Of a stretch of 64,000 nt of DNA, positions 40,664-50,069 are shown piece by piece. The number at the start of each line of letters is the position of its first letter. Within the stretch, counting starts at the first letter, position 1. The DNA lies in assembly GCA_963755915.1 (NCBI GenBank), contig CAVWLP010000002.1:1312001-1376000 (forward strand). The letters are read 5' to 3'. The stretch comes from an uncultured Phycisphaerales bacterium. GTDB taxonomy: Bacteria; Planctomycetota; Phycisphaerae; Tepidisphaerales; Tepidisphaeraceae. The notes under the pieces are model-generated. The model saw nothing but the letters and a program-made list of their open reading frames with translations. It made no database searches and had not been told where the DNA came from. The position numbers and the translations under genes were made by a program.

Positions 40664-41275
40664 ATGGGCCTGTTTAAATCCAAAGACGAACGCCGCATCG
40701 AACGCGAAATGAAAATCCGCTCCGGAATGCGCTCCATCGAACGCTCCATCCGTCAGCAGGAAAAATTCGCAGAAGACTTCATCAAAAACGCCCAGCACGC
40801 CAGGCGCATCGGCGACAACGGCCAATACCTCTTCATCCGCAGCGCCCTGAAAAAAACCGCCGCGGTGAAGAAAATGCTCGAGCGGCAATTGCTTTCGATC
40901 AAAAACGCCATGCTCATCCAGCAGCAGGCCCGCTCCAGCCAGCAGTTTGCAGAATCAATGTCCCTCATGGCCCGCGAGATCGGCCAGGTCTTCGGCGAGC
41001 TCGACCTCACCAAAACCCAGGCCGACTGGGAAAAAGCCGTCACCCAGGCCGGCAGCATCGAGGAGCGCATGGACGTCTTCCTCGATTCCATGGAGCAATC
41101 CGCCGGCACCGCCGCCTCCCCCACCAGCTCCCGCGAAGACCTTGTCACCGATGAAGAAATCGACCGCATGATCGACGCGGACGTCCTCGCCTCCGAAAAA
41201 ACCGAGCTGGGAAAACTCGACGAACTGGAATCAGAGATCGCCAAGGAATTGGGGACGAACAAGCAGAAGGATTGA
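40664..41275 (+). CDS. Vps24/Vps2-like ESCRT-III family protein 3
   Basis: MGLF start, KIRSGMRSIERSIR, AGSIEERMDVFLDSM, DEEIDRMI, C-terminal LDELESEIAKEL; 203 aa. Confidence 0.7.
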   Translation: MGLFKSKDERRIEREMKIRSGMRSIERSIRQQEKFAEDFIKNAQHARRIGDNGQYLFIRSALKKTAAVKKMLERQLLSIKNAMLIQQQARSSQQFAESMSLMAREIGQVFGELDLTKTQADWEKAVTQAGSIEERMDVFLDSMEQSAGTAASPTSSREDLVTDEEIDRMIDADVLASEKTELGKLDELESEIAKELGTNKQKD

Positions 41276-41347
41276 GCATCTGAAGCTGGGGTTATCGGTT
41301 TCTCGCGGCCCTTGGCCACTCAATTATGAATTGGATATGATTCCCCC

Positions 41348-41572
41348 ATGCGGCAAGTCGAATCAGTTATTAAAGTCGATCCCGAAATTCAGGGCGGAAC
41401 CCCCTGTTTCTCGGGCACGCGCGTGCCCATCAAGTCATTGTTCGACTACCTCGCCCGAAGCCGGTCCTTGGACTATTTCCTCGAGCAGTTCCCTTCAGTC
41501 AAACGCTCCCAGGCAGTCCGGCTCCTCGAAAAGGCGGGCAAAATGGTCGCTCGCGCTCCGCGAGCAGCATGA
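41348..41572 (+). CDS. DUF433 antitoxin (VapB45-like)
   Basis: DPEIQGGTPCFSGTRVPI..FLEQFPSV. Confidence 0.92.
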   Translation: MRQVESVIKVDPEIQGGTPCFSGTRVPIKSLFDYLARSRSLDYFLEQFPSVKRSQAVRLLEKAGKMVARAPRAA

Positions 41573-41889
41573 AAGTGCTTCTGGACGAAAACCTTCCTCA
41601 CGCTTTGCGGCATGAGCTTTTCGATCACCAGGTTTTCACCGTTCAATTCTTAAAATGGACGGGCACTAAAAATGGCGCCCTTCTGGCCAAGGCGGCAAGG
41701 GCAGGCTTTCATGTCATGGTCACAATGGATGACGGCGTCGAATATCAACAGAATCTCAAAGGACTCTCCATCGGAATAGTCATCCTCATGGCCGCTTCCA
41801 ATGATATGGATGATTTGTTGCCCTTGCTTCCAAAATTGCGCCGTGCCTTGAAGCAGCCGAAGCCCGGCGCGGTTATCCGAATCCGCTAA
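41569..41889 (+). CDS. DUF5615 PIN-like toxin (VapC45-like)
   Basis: MKVLLDENLP..KNGALL..VTMD..YQQNL; ATGA overlap with DUF433. Confidence 0.9.
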   Translation: MKVLLDENLPHALRHELFDHQVFTVQFLKWTGTKNGALLAKAARAGFHVMVTMDDGVEYQQNLKGLSIGIVILMAASNDMDDLLPLLPKLRRALKQPKPGAVIRIR

Positions 41890-41922
41890 GCCCCTGCGGA
41901 CAATAGGAGCGAACGCCCGCCC

Positions 41923-43776
41923 TCAAAAGTCCTCCCTCCCCACCACATCCAAATGCTGATCCGGAATATCCGCGACGTGAACCGTAGTAATATTCTTCAC
42001 ATCATAAAGATTCATCATCGCCGCCGGCGGCCAATACGGCGCCATCACGTGCTCGAAATAAACATTCTGCACATCGCGCAGCCAAAACGGCGCCCGCACG
42101 TCTTTCGTCAGGCACCCGATGTCGACATTCGTCATCTCCAGCCCATTCACATGCCGCACGTAAAACGCATACGCCGGCTCCCCCCAAACCGCCCCGGATC
42201 CGGATACCCCTTCACCTGCTCCCAAGGCTCCTTCCGCGTCCACGATCCCTTCCCGCCCCCCGGGAAAATCATCCGGATATCGTGCAGATGCAAATCCTCC
42301 ACCTCATGCCCCGGAATCCCGCTGATGATGCACGCAAATCTGACGGATTTACATTGCGCCACCACATTGCTGATATTCACATGCCTGATCGCCCCCACCG
42401 GCGTCCCCTTCGGCCCGCGCATGCCGCCCCCAGCCGAATATAAATCGGCGAACTCACAATATCGCGCATCGCCAGGTTGGTAACGGTCACGTTATCGATC
42501 ACTCCTCCATCCACGCTTTCGATCGCCAGCCCCTGGCAATCGTCGAACAGACAATTCGTGATCGCGATATTCTTGAATCCCCCGTTCGATTCCGTCCCCA
42601 TCTTGATCCGCCCCGTGCGCGAGGTATGGCGCGGATGTCCATGCTCATCCGGGTTATAGTTCCCGGAGATTTTCTGGAACGTCCCATCCAGCAGCGTCCC
42701 TTCCCTGTATCCGCCGCTCACCATGCAACTATCGATCGTCACGTTCTCCGTATCGCGCACATACCCCAGCCCATAGGAGCTCTTCAGCACGATGGCATCA
42801 TCGTTCGGCGAATTCACCGCGCAATTCGAAACCCGCACGTTCCGGCAGCAGTCGATATCCATCCCATCCCGATTCGTATCGATCTTCACGTTATCGATTG
42901 TCAGCCCATCCACCGCCGTCGCCAGGATTCCGAAGTGCCCTCCCTCATAAATCGAAAAATCGCGCAGGATGCACCCGCGCACGTTCTTCAACGAAATCGC
43001 CTTGTTCCCAATCCCCGCCGCCAGCTCCTCCTTCGGATCGGGATATTCCGGCTTCGTCGCCGGCTTGGTCGTCGGATCCGACGGCTGCGTCGCCACATAC
43101 ATCGCCGTGTAATCCTGCGAGTTCATGTCCGCGGGAATCCGATTCAGCGCCCACCGCCACGGCCGCGTCGAAGCCCCCGACTCATCCACCGGCCCCACCC
43201 GGACATCCGTCCTCCCCATCTGCACCTCCCAAGGCTCCTGCGTATCCGCCGACGGCTGCGTCGTATCCTGCCACGGCTCCGTCGTCGGCCACGTTGTCGG
43301 CTTTTTATTATCCGGCTTCGGCGACCCCCGATTCAGCGCATCCTTCCCGTCAATCATCCCCGGCCCCAATATCGCCACGTTCTGAATATTCTCCCCCCAG
43401 ATCAAGCTGTTATGCCAATGCGTATGCCCGAAATCCTGAAACTGATCCTTGAACGGCCACGCCTCCGGCGGATCGTATTCCCCTTTATAAATCGTTCCCG
43501 CCGCCCGAATCGTCGCCCCTTCATCCAGATAGATCGCCACATTGCTCTTCAGATGAATCGAATAGCAAAGATAAGTCCCCGCCGCAAAATGCACCGTCCC
43601 CCCGCCCGCCTTGTTGGCAGCCGATATCGCATCATTCACCGCCGGCGTATCCAGGTGCAACCCATCCCCCCGCGCCCAAAATTGCGAACCTCAAACACCC
43701 CATTTGCTGCCTGACATCCGCCGAGCATCCCGAATATCAGCAGCAGGCCAATCCGAACAATTTTGATGTGATTCAT
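41923..43776 (-). CDS. GH28 (polygalacturonase-like) lipoprotein, frameshifts near 43670 and 42425
   Basis: LGGC lipobox; GGGTVHFAAGTYL..HLKSNV; FQDFGHTHWHNSLIWG; NRDGMDIDCC; NDDAIVLKS; RIKMGTES. Confidence 0.88.
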
Positions 43777-44853
43777 AGTTGGTTGGACGGAAGTATAAAT
43801 GCCGAGGGGCGCGTTTGCGAATCTAAGCCACGCTCGCACCCCGGACGGCTGCGCCCAGAATTCCGGCAGTTCTTCTCCCCTCTTCTCCCCTCTCCCGGTA
43901 CGCCGGGAGAGGGCAAGCGGCGCGAGCCCGCGCGGGTGAGGGCCGACAGGACCGCGCCGACCAATCAGGAACATTTTTTGCCGCGTGCTTTCGACCTGCC
44001 GCAGTGCTAATGTCAAAGACCCGAGCACCAGGCTCGGCGCAATGAAACCGCTCCAAAAGGAAGGCCCAAATGGAATCACAACTAACCGGCTCCCACGAAA
44101 AAGTTTACCAGCGCCTCTTCCAGCACCCCATGCCCCACAACCTCCAGTGGCGGGAAGTCCGGGCAATGCTCGAAGCAATCGGCGACATAAACACCGTCGA
44201 GGACGACAAGGGAAATCTAAAGCTCGCCCGCGGCAGCCAAACCCTGGTCCTCCATCGCCCGCGCGGCAAGGACCTCGCCGACAAACAGGAATTGATGCAG
44301 GTTCGTCACTTCCTGGAGAGATCGGTTTCCGCCCCTCCACCTCCTCCCCCCGCCGGCACCCATCTGCTCGTCGTAATCGATCACCGCGAAGCCCGCATCT
44401 ACAGCGCCGAATTGCGCGGCACCGTTCCCCAGCGCATCATGCCCTACGACCCCTTCGGCTTCGGCCGCGATCTGCGCTATAACCAGGACGACTCCAACGG
44501 CCAGCGAAAACCCGAACAAAGAAGCTTCTACGAATCAATCGCCAAAACCCTCTCCGCCGGCCAGCAGATTCTCCTCTTCGGCGAAGGCACCGGCGCCAGC
44601 AGCGCCATGGAGCAATTGACCCTGAACCTGAAACAGCATCACCCCGATATTGCCAAAAAAGTCGTCGGCTCCAAAGTCGTGGACATGCACCATCTCACCG
44701 AAGCCCAGTTACTGGCCGAAGCGCGGGAATTGTTTGCCGGGGGGTGACGCCTTCTTCCGAGCAATCTAAAAGCCAAGAACTGGCCAATCCGAACGATTTT
44801 GATGTGATTCGTATTTGGTTGACCGCAGGTATAAATGCCACGGCGTTTGCGAA
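43746..44853. repeat. Degenerate ~75-bp direct repeat (43746-43822 and ~44781-44853) of the GH28 start and upstream region
   Basis: ggccaatccgaac(a/g)attttgatgtgattc..ttggttg..gtataaatgcc..gcgtttgcgaat in both copies. Confidence 0.85.
44070..44747 (+). CDS. HicA-like domain fused to a bacterial aeRF1-like (baeRF) domain
   Basis: N-half LFQHPMPHNLQWREV..LVLHRPR; C-half LLVVIDHREARIY..ILLFGEGTG..HLTEAQLLAEAR. Confidence 0.65.
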   Translation: MESQLTGSHEKVYQRLFQHPMPHNLQWREVRAMLEAIGDINTVEDDKGNLKLARGSQTLVLHRPRGKDLADKQELMQVRHFLERSVSAPPPPPPAGTHLLVVIDHREARIYSAELRGTVPQRIMPYDPFGFGRDLRYNQDDSNGQRKPEQRSFYESIAKTLSAGQQILLFGEGTGASSAMEQLTLNLKQHHPDIAKKVVGSKVVDMHHLTEAQLLAEARELFAGG

Positions 44854-44902
44854 TTCTCGGCCGGTTGCTGGAAACCTCGAGGTCGCCGATAATGCACGAC
44901 AA

Positions 44903-45195
44903 ATGACCGTCACGCGGCAAACCCTCCAGCGCAACCGCCAGGCGATCCTTGAGATCGCCCAGCGCCACGGGCGCACGACCTCCGCCTCTTCGGATCGGTC
45001 GCCCGCGGCGAAAGCACCGAAAGCTCCGATGTAGATATCCTCGTCCGTTTCGACCTCGACCGATCCCTCTTCGATCACGGCGGACTGATCGCCGACTTGG
45101 AGGAACTCCTCGGCGCGAAAGTCGATGTCGTCAGCGAGGCCGGCATGCGCGAACGGTTCCGGGCGCACGTTTTGGGCGAAGCAGTCCCGTTATGA
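44903..45195 (+). CDS. MNT minimal nucleotidyltransferase antitoxin, frameshift near 44975
   Basis: RQAILEIAQRHG, then LFGSVARGESTESSDVDILV..LEELLGAKVDVV. Confidence 0.85.
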
Positions 45196-45539
45196 GAAGC
45201 GACGCCCTTCGTTTGCAGGACATCCTCGACGCCATTGCGGCTATCGAGCGGCACACGCCTGCAACGCGCGAAGCCTTCAACAATTCCGAACCGATCCGAA
45301 GCCATATTCTTCTCCACGTGCAGATCATCGGCGAGGCCGCATCAAGGCTCTCCCCGCAAATCAGAATTGACAATTCGCAAGTGCCGTGGAAATCAATCAT
45401 GGCCATGCGAAATATCATCGCGCACGTTTATTTCGGCATCGATTGGAACGAAGTCTGGCAGGTCGCGGTTCGAGACGCCCCGGTTCTCAAACTCCAAGTC
45501 GAAAAAATTCTCGCGTCGCTTCCCCGCGGCACCCCGTGA
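45192..45539 (+). CDS. HEPN (DUF86, HepT-like) RNase toxin
   Basis: IIGEAA..VPWKSIMAMRNIIAHVYFGID, RxxxxH motif; ATGA overlap with MNT. Confidence 0.92.
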   Translation: MRSDALRLQDILDAIAAIERHTPATREAFNNSEPIRSHILLHVQIIGEAASRLSPQIRIDNSQVPWKSIMAMRNIIAHVYFGIDWNEVWQVAVRDAPVLKLQVEKILASLPRGTP

Positions 45540-45548
45540 CTAAGTCCC

Positions 45549-46715
45549 CTATTCCGCAAGCCCCTTCATCTCCCGATTTAAATCGGCTTTCCCCTCAAAC
45601 CCAATCCCCACCAACTCCGGCATCGTGACAAACCCGTTCTCCACCCCCACCCCATCCGCAAATCCCCCATACGGCTGAAACAAATCCGGATAAGATTCAT
45701 TCCCCCCCAGCCCCAGCCCCGCCGCGATATTCAGCGACATCTGGTGCCCCCCATGTGGAATGCACCGCGTGCGCGACCACCCATGCTCATTCAGCATCTC
45801 CAGTATTCGCAAATACTCCACCAAACCGTAACTGAGCGCACAATCAAACTGCAGCCAGTCCCGTTCCGGCCGCATCCCGCCATAGCGGATCAGGTTTCTC
45901 GCATCCTGCATGGAAAAAAGATTTTCCCCCGTCGCCAGGCTCCCCGAATAATGCCGCCCCAACTCCGCCTGAAGCTGAAAATCCAGCGGATCGCCCGCCT
46001 CTTCGTACCAGAACAGATCAAATTTCGACAGCGCCTTCCCATATTCCAGGGCCGTCTTCAGATCGAACCGCCCATTGGCATCCACCGCCAGCTTCTGCCC
46101 CGGCCCCAGAATCCCCAGCACCGCCTCGATCCGCCGCAGATCATCCGCCAGCGGCTCGCCCCCAATTTTCATTTTCACAACCGTATACCCGCGATCCAGA
46201 TACCCCCGCATCTCACCAACCAGCGACTTCAAATCTTTCCCCGGATAGTAATATCCACCTGCCGCATAAACGAAGACGCGCGGATTGGCCTGCCCGTTCC
46301 CATATCGCTCCGCCAATAGCCGAAAGAGCGGCTTGCCCGCGATCTTCGCCACCGCGTCCCACACCGCCATATCGATTGCCCCCACCGCCACCGACCGCTC
46401 CCCATGCCCCCCCGGCTTTTCGTTCGTCATCATTCGCGCCCAGATTTTATGCGGATCGAAATTCTCCCCCGTCTGATCCAGCAAATCCGGCGGCCGCGCT
46501 TCCAGCACCCGCGGCGCAAACCGCTCGCGGATCATCGCCCCCTGCCCATACCTCCCGTTGGAATTAAACCCATACCCCACCACCCGCCGCCCGTCGCGCT
46601 CGACATCCGTCACCACCGCGACAAGGCTCAGCGTCATCCTGCTGAAATCAATGAACGCATTGCGAATCGGCGAGGAAATCGGCTTGGTCGCTTCGCGGAT
46701 TTCAAGAATCTTCAC
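45549..46715 (-). CDS. tarD: D-tartrate dehydratase (mandelate racemase family)
   Basis: IRNAFIDFSRMT, GFNSNGRYGQ, NEKPGGHGERSVA, KMKIGG, AVDANG, WYEEAGDP, PHGGHQ. Confidence 0.88.
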   Translation of the reverse strand: MKILEIREATKPISSPIRNAFIDFSRMTLSLVAVVTDVERDGRRVVGYGFNSNGRYGQGAMIRERFAPRVLEARPPDLLDQTGENFDPHKIWARMMTNEKPGGHGERSVAVGAIDMAVWDAVAKIAGKPLFRLLAERYGNGQANPRVFVYAAGGYYYPGKDLKSLVGEMRGYLDRGYTVVKMKIGGEPLADDLRRIEAVLGILGPGQKLAVDANGRFDLKTALEYGKALSKFDLFWYEEAGDPLDFQLQAELGRHYSGSLATGENLFSMQDARNLIRYGGMRPERDWLQFDCALSYGLVEYLRILEMLNEHGWSRTRCIPHGGHQMSLNIAAGLGLGGNESYPDLFQPYGGFADGVGVENGFVTMPELVGIGFEGKADLNREMKGLAE

Positions 46716-46844
46716 GCCTTCATTTTACAAAAATTTGAATTCTTGGCGCTCCTGGTGTCCTGGCGGTTACCTCTTTGTTGCCGTATAGCCCGGATAGACG
46801 CTTGTAAATTGACGAAAAAGATAGCCATTGCTAACTTTGTTTGC

Positions 46845-47501
46845 GTGGCTGGATCGGACCGGGAGATTCTTCAGTATGCTTCGCCGGGGGCGGTCAGAGA
46901 TCGGTCGCGGTTGGCGGGGGGGATTGGAGCGGCGATTTCCGCGGCGGGGGTTGCGGCGATTTTTTTGAAGTTCGATTCGGGAGTTTCGCCGTGGGATGCC
47001 ATCGTGACGTTTTTTTCCGCAGAGCCGTTATTTGCTTCCCCCAGCGACGACCTGATATGGGTCGCTGCTCCGTTTCTTCTGGCCTTGCCGCTGGGGTGGC
47101 TGGGAATCAGATCGATCTTTTCCCGCCGCCTTCGGACGGCTGAGATTGTCGCCGTCTGGAGTTGCGGCGGGCTCTCGGCGTGCGGAACTGTTCACGTCTT
47201 GTGGGCCATAGGCGCTGATTTCGTCAATGGTTATTCCGCGGGGGCGGTTGCCACAGTCGTGGCGACCGGCGGCACTCTTCTTGCCGGTGGCACGGCGGCC
47301 TTTGCCCGCAGAGGCAGCGTGTCGGCTTGCCTCATTGCCCTTTATGCGCCTTTCCTGGCGAACGCGCTCTTCTGCCTCGTGGACTTCGGTCCCCCCAATG
47401 TTGGGCCGGGATGGTACGTGACACTTTTCATCGCGATTGTGATGTTTCTGGAGACGCTACGGATTTTGTTGGCAGGGCCGTTTCGCGTCTGCCGGGAGTA
47501 A
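46845..47501 (+). CDS. Hypothetical multi-TM protein
   Basis: ILQYASP N-terminal motif followed by about six hydrophobic segments. Confidence 0.55.
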   Translation: MAGSDREILQYASPGAVRDRSRLAGGIGAAISAAGVAAIFLKFDSGVSPWDAIVTFFSAEPLFASPSDDLIWVAAPFLLALPLGWLGIRSIFSRRLRTAEIVAVWSCGGLSACGTVHVLWAIGADFVNGYSAGAVATVVATGGTLLAGGTAAFARRGSVSACLIALYAPFLANALFCLVDFGPPNVGPGWYVTLFIAIVMFLETLRILLAGPFRVCRE

Positions 47502-47503
47502 GT

Positions 47504-49074
47504 CTATTGCGAAATCATCTTGCATGCATCGCCCGCGCTTGTGGAGATCAGGGCCTGTGCCCTCCAGCCTGGGAGAAGCCAGGGCCCGTCATCCTGCGGC
47601 TGTTTGCCGATGATCCAGACACCGCGGTAATGCGAAATTTGCAAAAGCATTTTGGGATCGGCGGGGTGATTGAGGATGAGCCAGGGCCGGTGCGAATTGG
47701 GGGAGTAATATTTCAGGCACATATAATAAAGACCAGGCGTGACCCAGGGATCGGGGCTGTAGTAAATCAGCAGATCGCCAGGGCCGGCTGAGGTGTTCAG
47801 CTCGGCGGCGAACTGTCGCCAGTCTTCGAGAGGTTGCGGAGGCGATGCAAGGTAATCGGCAGCGCTGATGGTAAGGGCGGCGACGCTCGCGATGGGGAGG
47901 AGGTCGCGGATGACGCCGAGACGCGGCCACTGGAAGCTCGCGATCAGCGCGAAAATCGCCGGGCTGGTAAGCAGGGTGTAACGCGGATAGCCGGCCATCG
48001 TGGTGCCGTGCAAGAGATCGACGAGGACCACGGAACACATGTTGCCTGCCATCCAGAGAACCCAGATCAGAAGATCGCGGCGACGGGGCAGCCGGAGGAT
48101 GGGCAGGATCATCGTCAGGAGGAAAATGATCAGGACGACATTGGTGCTCGGCGGGCAAGGGCTTCGCCGCGGGGTTCACCGAAAAGAAATTCGGCGGGCA
48201 GGCCAATCACGCGGTACAGGGTCAGCTTGCCGTGCTTTTCCATGTGGGCCTCGCGGAGAAACGTGGCGGCGAGAGAGGGAAGCGTGTGGGTTTGCGTTCC
48301 CAGGAGGGGAACCCATACAAGAAGCGTAACGATCGCCCCGGCCGCCAGCGAGATGAGCGTGGGCCAGCGCGATTTTGAAGGAAGTCGCAGCGCCGCGAAG
48401 GCGCCCAGGCCGAGCAGGGGGCCGGCGACGATATAGTGCGTCAACGTGGCCGCCGCGCAGCACAGGCACAGGGCGACGAGGAAAAATTTCGTCGGGCCGA
48501 AGAATTCGATTCGCAGCACCAGGTTGATGCAGCCGAGTCCCAGGAGCACGAGCAGTGCATACGCGCGGGCGTCGAAGGCATATTCGATCTGTCCCAGCGA
48601 CAGAGCCATTATCGCAGCCGCGAGGAGGGCGACCCTTGGGCCCTGAAGGAATCGGCAGATGTCGAAGAGAAGCAGGATCGATGCGAGCGAAGCGAGCGCC
48701 GAGAGGCTCCGAATCGCCGCCGCGCCGGTGCCGAAGATATCCATCCACCAGCGCATGAGCAGGAAGTAGAGTGGCGGATGCGTGATGTCGCCGACATGCG
48801 TGAGAATGCTCCGCGATGGAGCCGCGGACGAGAGCGAGGTGAGATCGGGCTGGTCCGTCCGGATGAGATTGGCGGGGAGCCGGTCGTTTACCGAGCCGCG
48901 GCCCATGGAGGTTTCGACCGACCAGATTTCGTCCTTCCAGAGGCTGGGGTCGCCGAGGCGGTAGAAGCGCAGCAAAGCGCCGGCAATTAAAATCGCCGAC
49001 AGAACCATGATATGGAAGACCGAGAGAGGGGTGCGAAGAGGAGAGCGGGTGGTAGGCCGCGGTGCCTTGGTCAT
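47504..49074 (-). CDS. GT39/PMT-like membrane glycosyltransferase, frameshift near 48150
   Basis: LRFYRLGDPSLWKDEIWS, HPPLYFLLMRWW, YAFDARAYAL, LTHY; C-terminus PRY..EDWR in ORF 47504. Confidence 0.85.
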
Positions 49075-49206
49075 CGGTCAGGGAATTGTACTGACCGATC
49101 GCCTGGTCGCCGTATCAGTGGAGCTGCTACCCCCTTCCCCGGAGGACTGCGTCCCGCATACCGGGGGCGGGAAAAGAGGGAATGATCGCTCGCCTGAAAA
49201 ATCCGT

Positions 49207-49497
49207 TCAGGCTGGCAGTTGATGAACCATCCGATCGTGCAAATAAGCCGTCAGCGTCCGAACCAGCTTTCTGGCTGCATCGTGCCAGTGGGTCTGCCGG
49301 TCGCGGAAGACGACCGTGCCTTTCTGGTCCGAAATACCGGCACGCATCTCGACATTTCGTCCCACACGGTGCATCGTGATGGAAATCACCAGATTTCCCA
49401 TCCGGTCGCCAAAACGCATGGCCCGTTTCAGCCAAGACATTAACTGACGGCGATGTGATGGTTTGAGCAGCACATTCCCGACATCTAGCTTAAGCAT
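49207..49497 (-). CDS. Small protein, HPF/RaiA-like fold
   Basis: 96 aa with an HPF-like alpha/beta pattern (LKRAMRFGDR..ISITM..WHDAARKLVRTL). Confidence 0.45.
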   Translation of the reverse strand: MLKLDVGNVLLKPSHRRQLMSWLKRAMRFGDRMGNLVISITMHRVGRNVEMRAGISDQKGTVVFRDRQTHWHDAARKLVRTLTAYLHDRMVHQLPA

Positions 49498-49583
49498 TGT
49501 GCAACCTCATTAATAATATCCCCAAGCAGTTGGCGGTTGCAGGAGAAACAGCAATAATCGTGCCGCAATTCTGGGAGTGTTGA

Positions 49584-50069
49584 ATGACCGCGAGTCTGCG
49601 AACATTATCTGACGGCCGCCTTCTGGCCGATTGCCGGCTGGAGGCGTTTCGGGGTTCAGGGCCCGGGGGCCAGAAGCGCAACAAGACGAGCTCCGCAGTG
49701 CGGCTTACCCATAGTCCCAGCGGGCTTTCCGTCATTGCCTCCGAATCGCGGTCCCAGCAGCGGAATCGCCAGGTGGCCCTGGATCGGCTACGCCACAAGA
49801 TTGCCCTGTCGGTCCGGGAAAAGATCGATCTGTCGGGGCTGCCTGACCCGGATGTGATTCACGTCTCCTGCCGGTCGGATAAATATCCCGCAGCGATGGG
49901 CAAGACGCTAGATGTTCTGACCCATTCGCGCTGGAAGGTCTCCGAGGCGGCGAAAATGCTCGGTGTTTCGACGGGGCAGTTGGTCGATTTTCTGCGCACC
50001 GATGCCCAGCTCTGGATGGAAGTAAACCGAAAGCGGCAGTTGGCGGGATTTCGGAGTTTGAACGCGTGA
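49584..50069 (+). CDS. RF-1 domain GGQ peptidyl-tRNA hydrolase-like protein
   Basis: RGSGPGGQKRNKTSSAVRLTH..ESRSQQRNRQVALDRL. Confidence 0.88.
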   Translation: MTASLRTLSDGRLLADCRLEAFRGSGPGGQKRNKTSSAVRLTHSPSGLSVIASESRSQQRNRQVALDRLRHKIALSVREKIDLSGLPDPDVIHVSCRSDKYPAAMGKTLDVLTHSRWKVSEAAKMLGVSTGQLVDFLRTDAQLWMEVNRKRQLAGFRSLNA

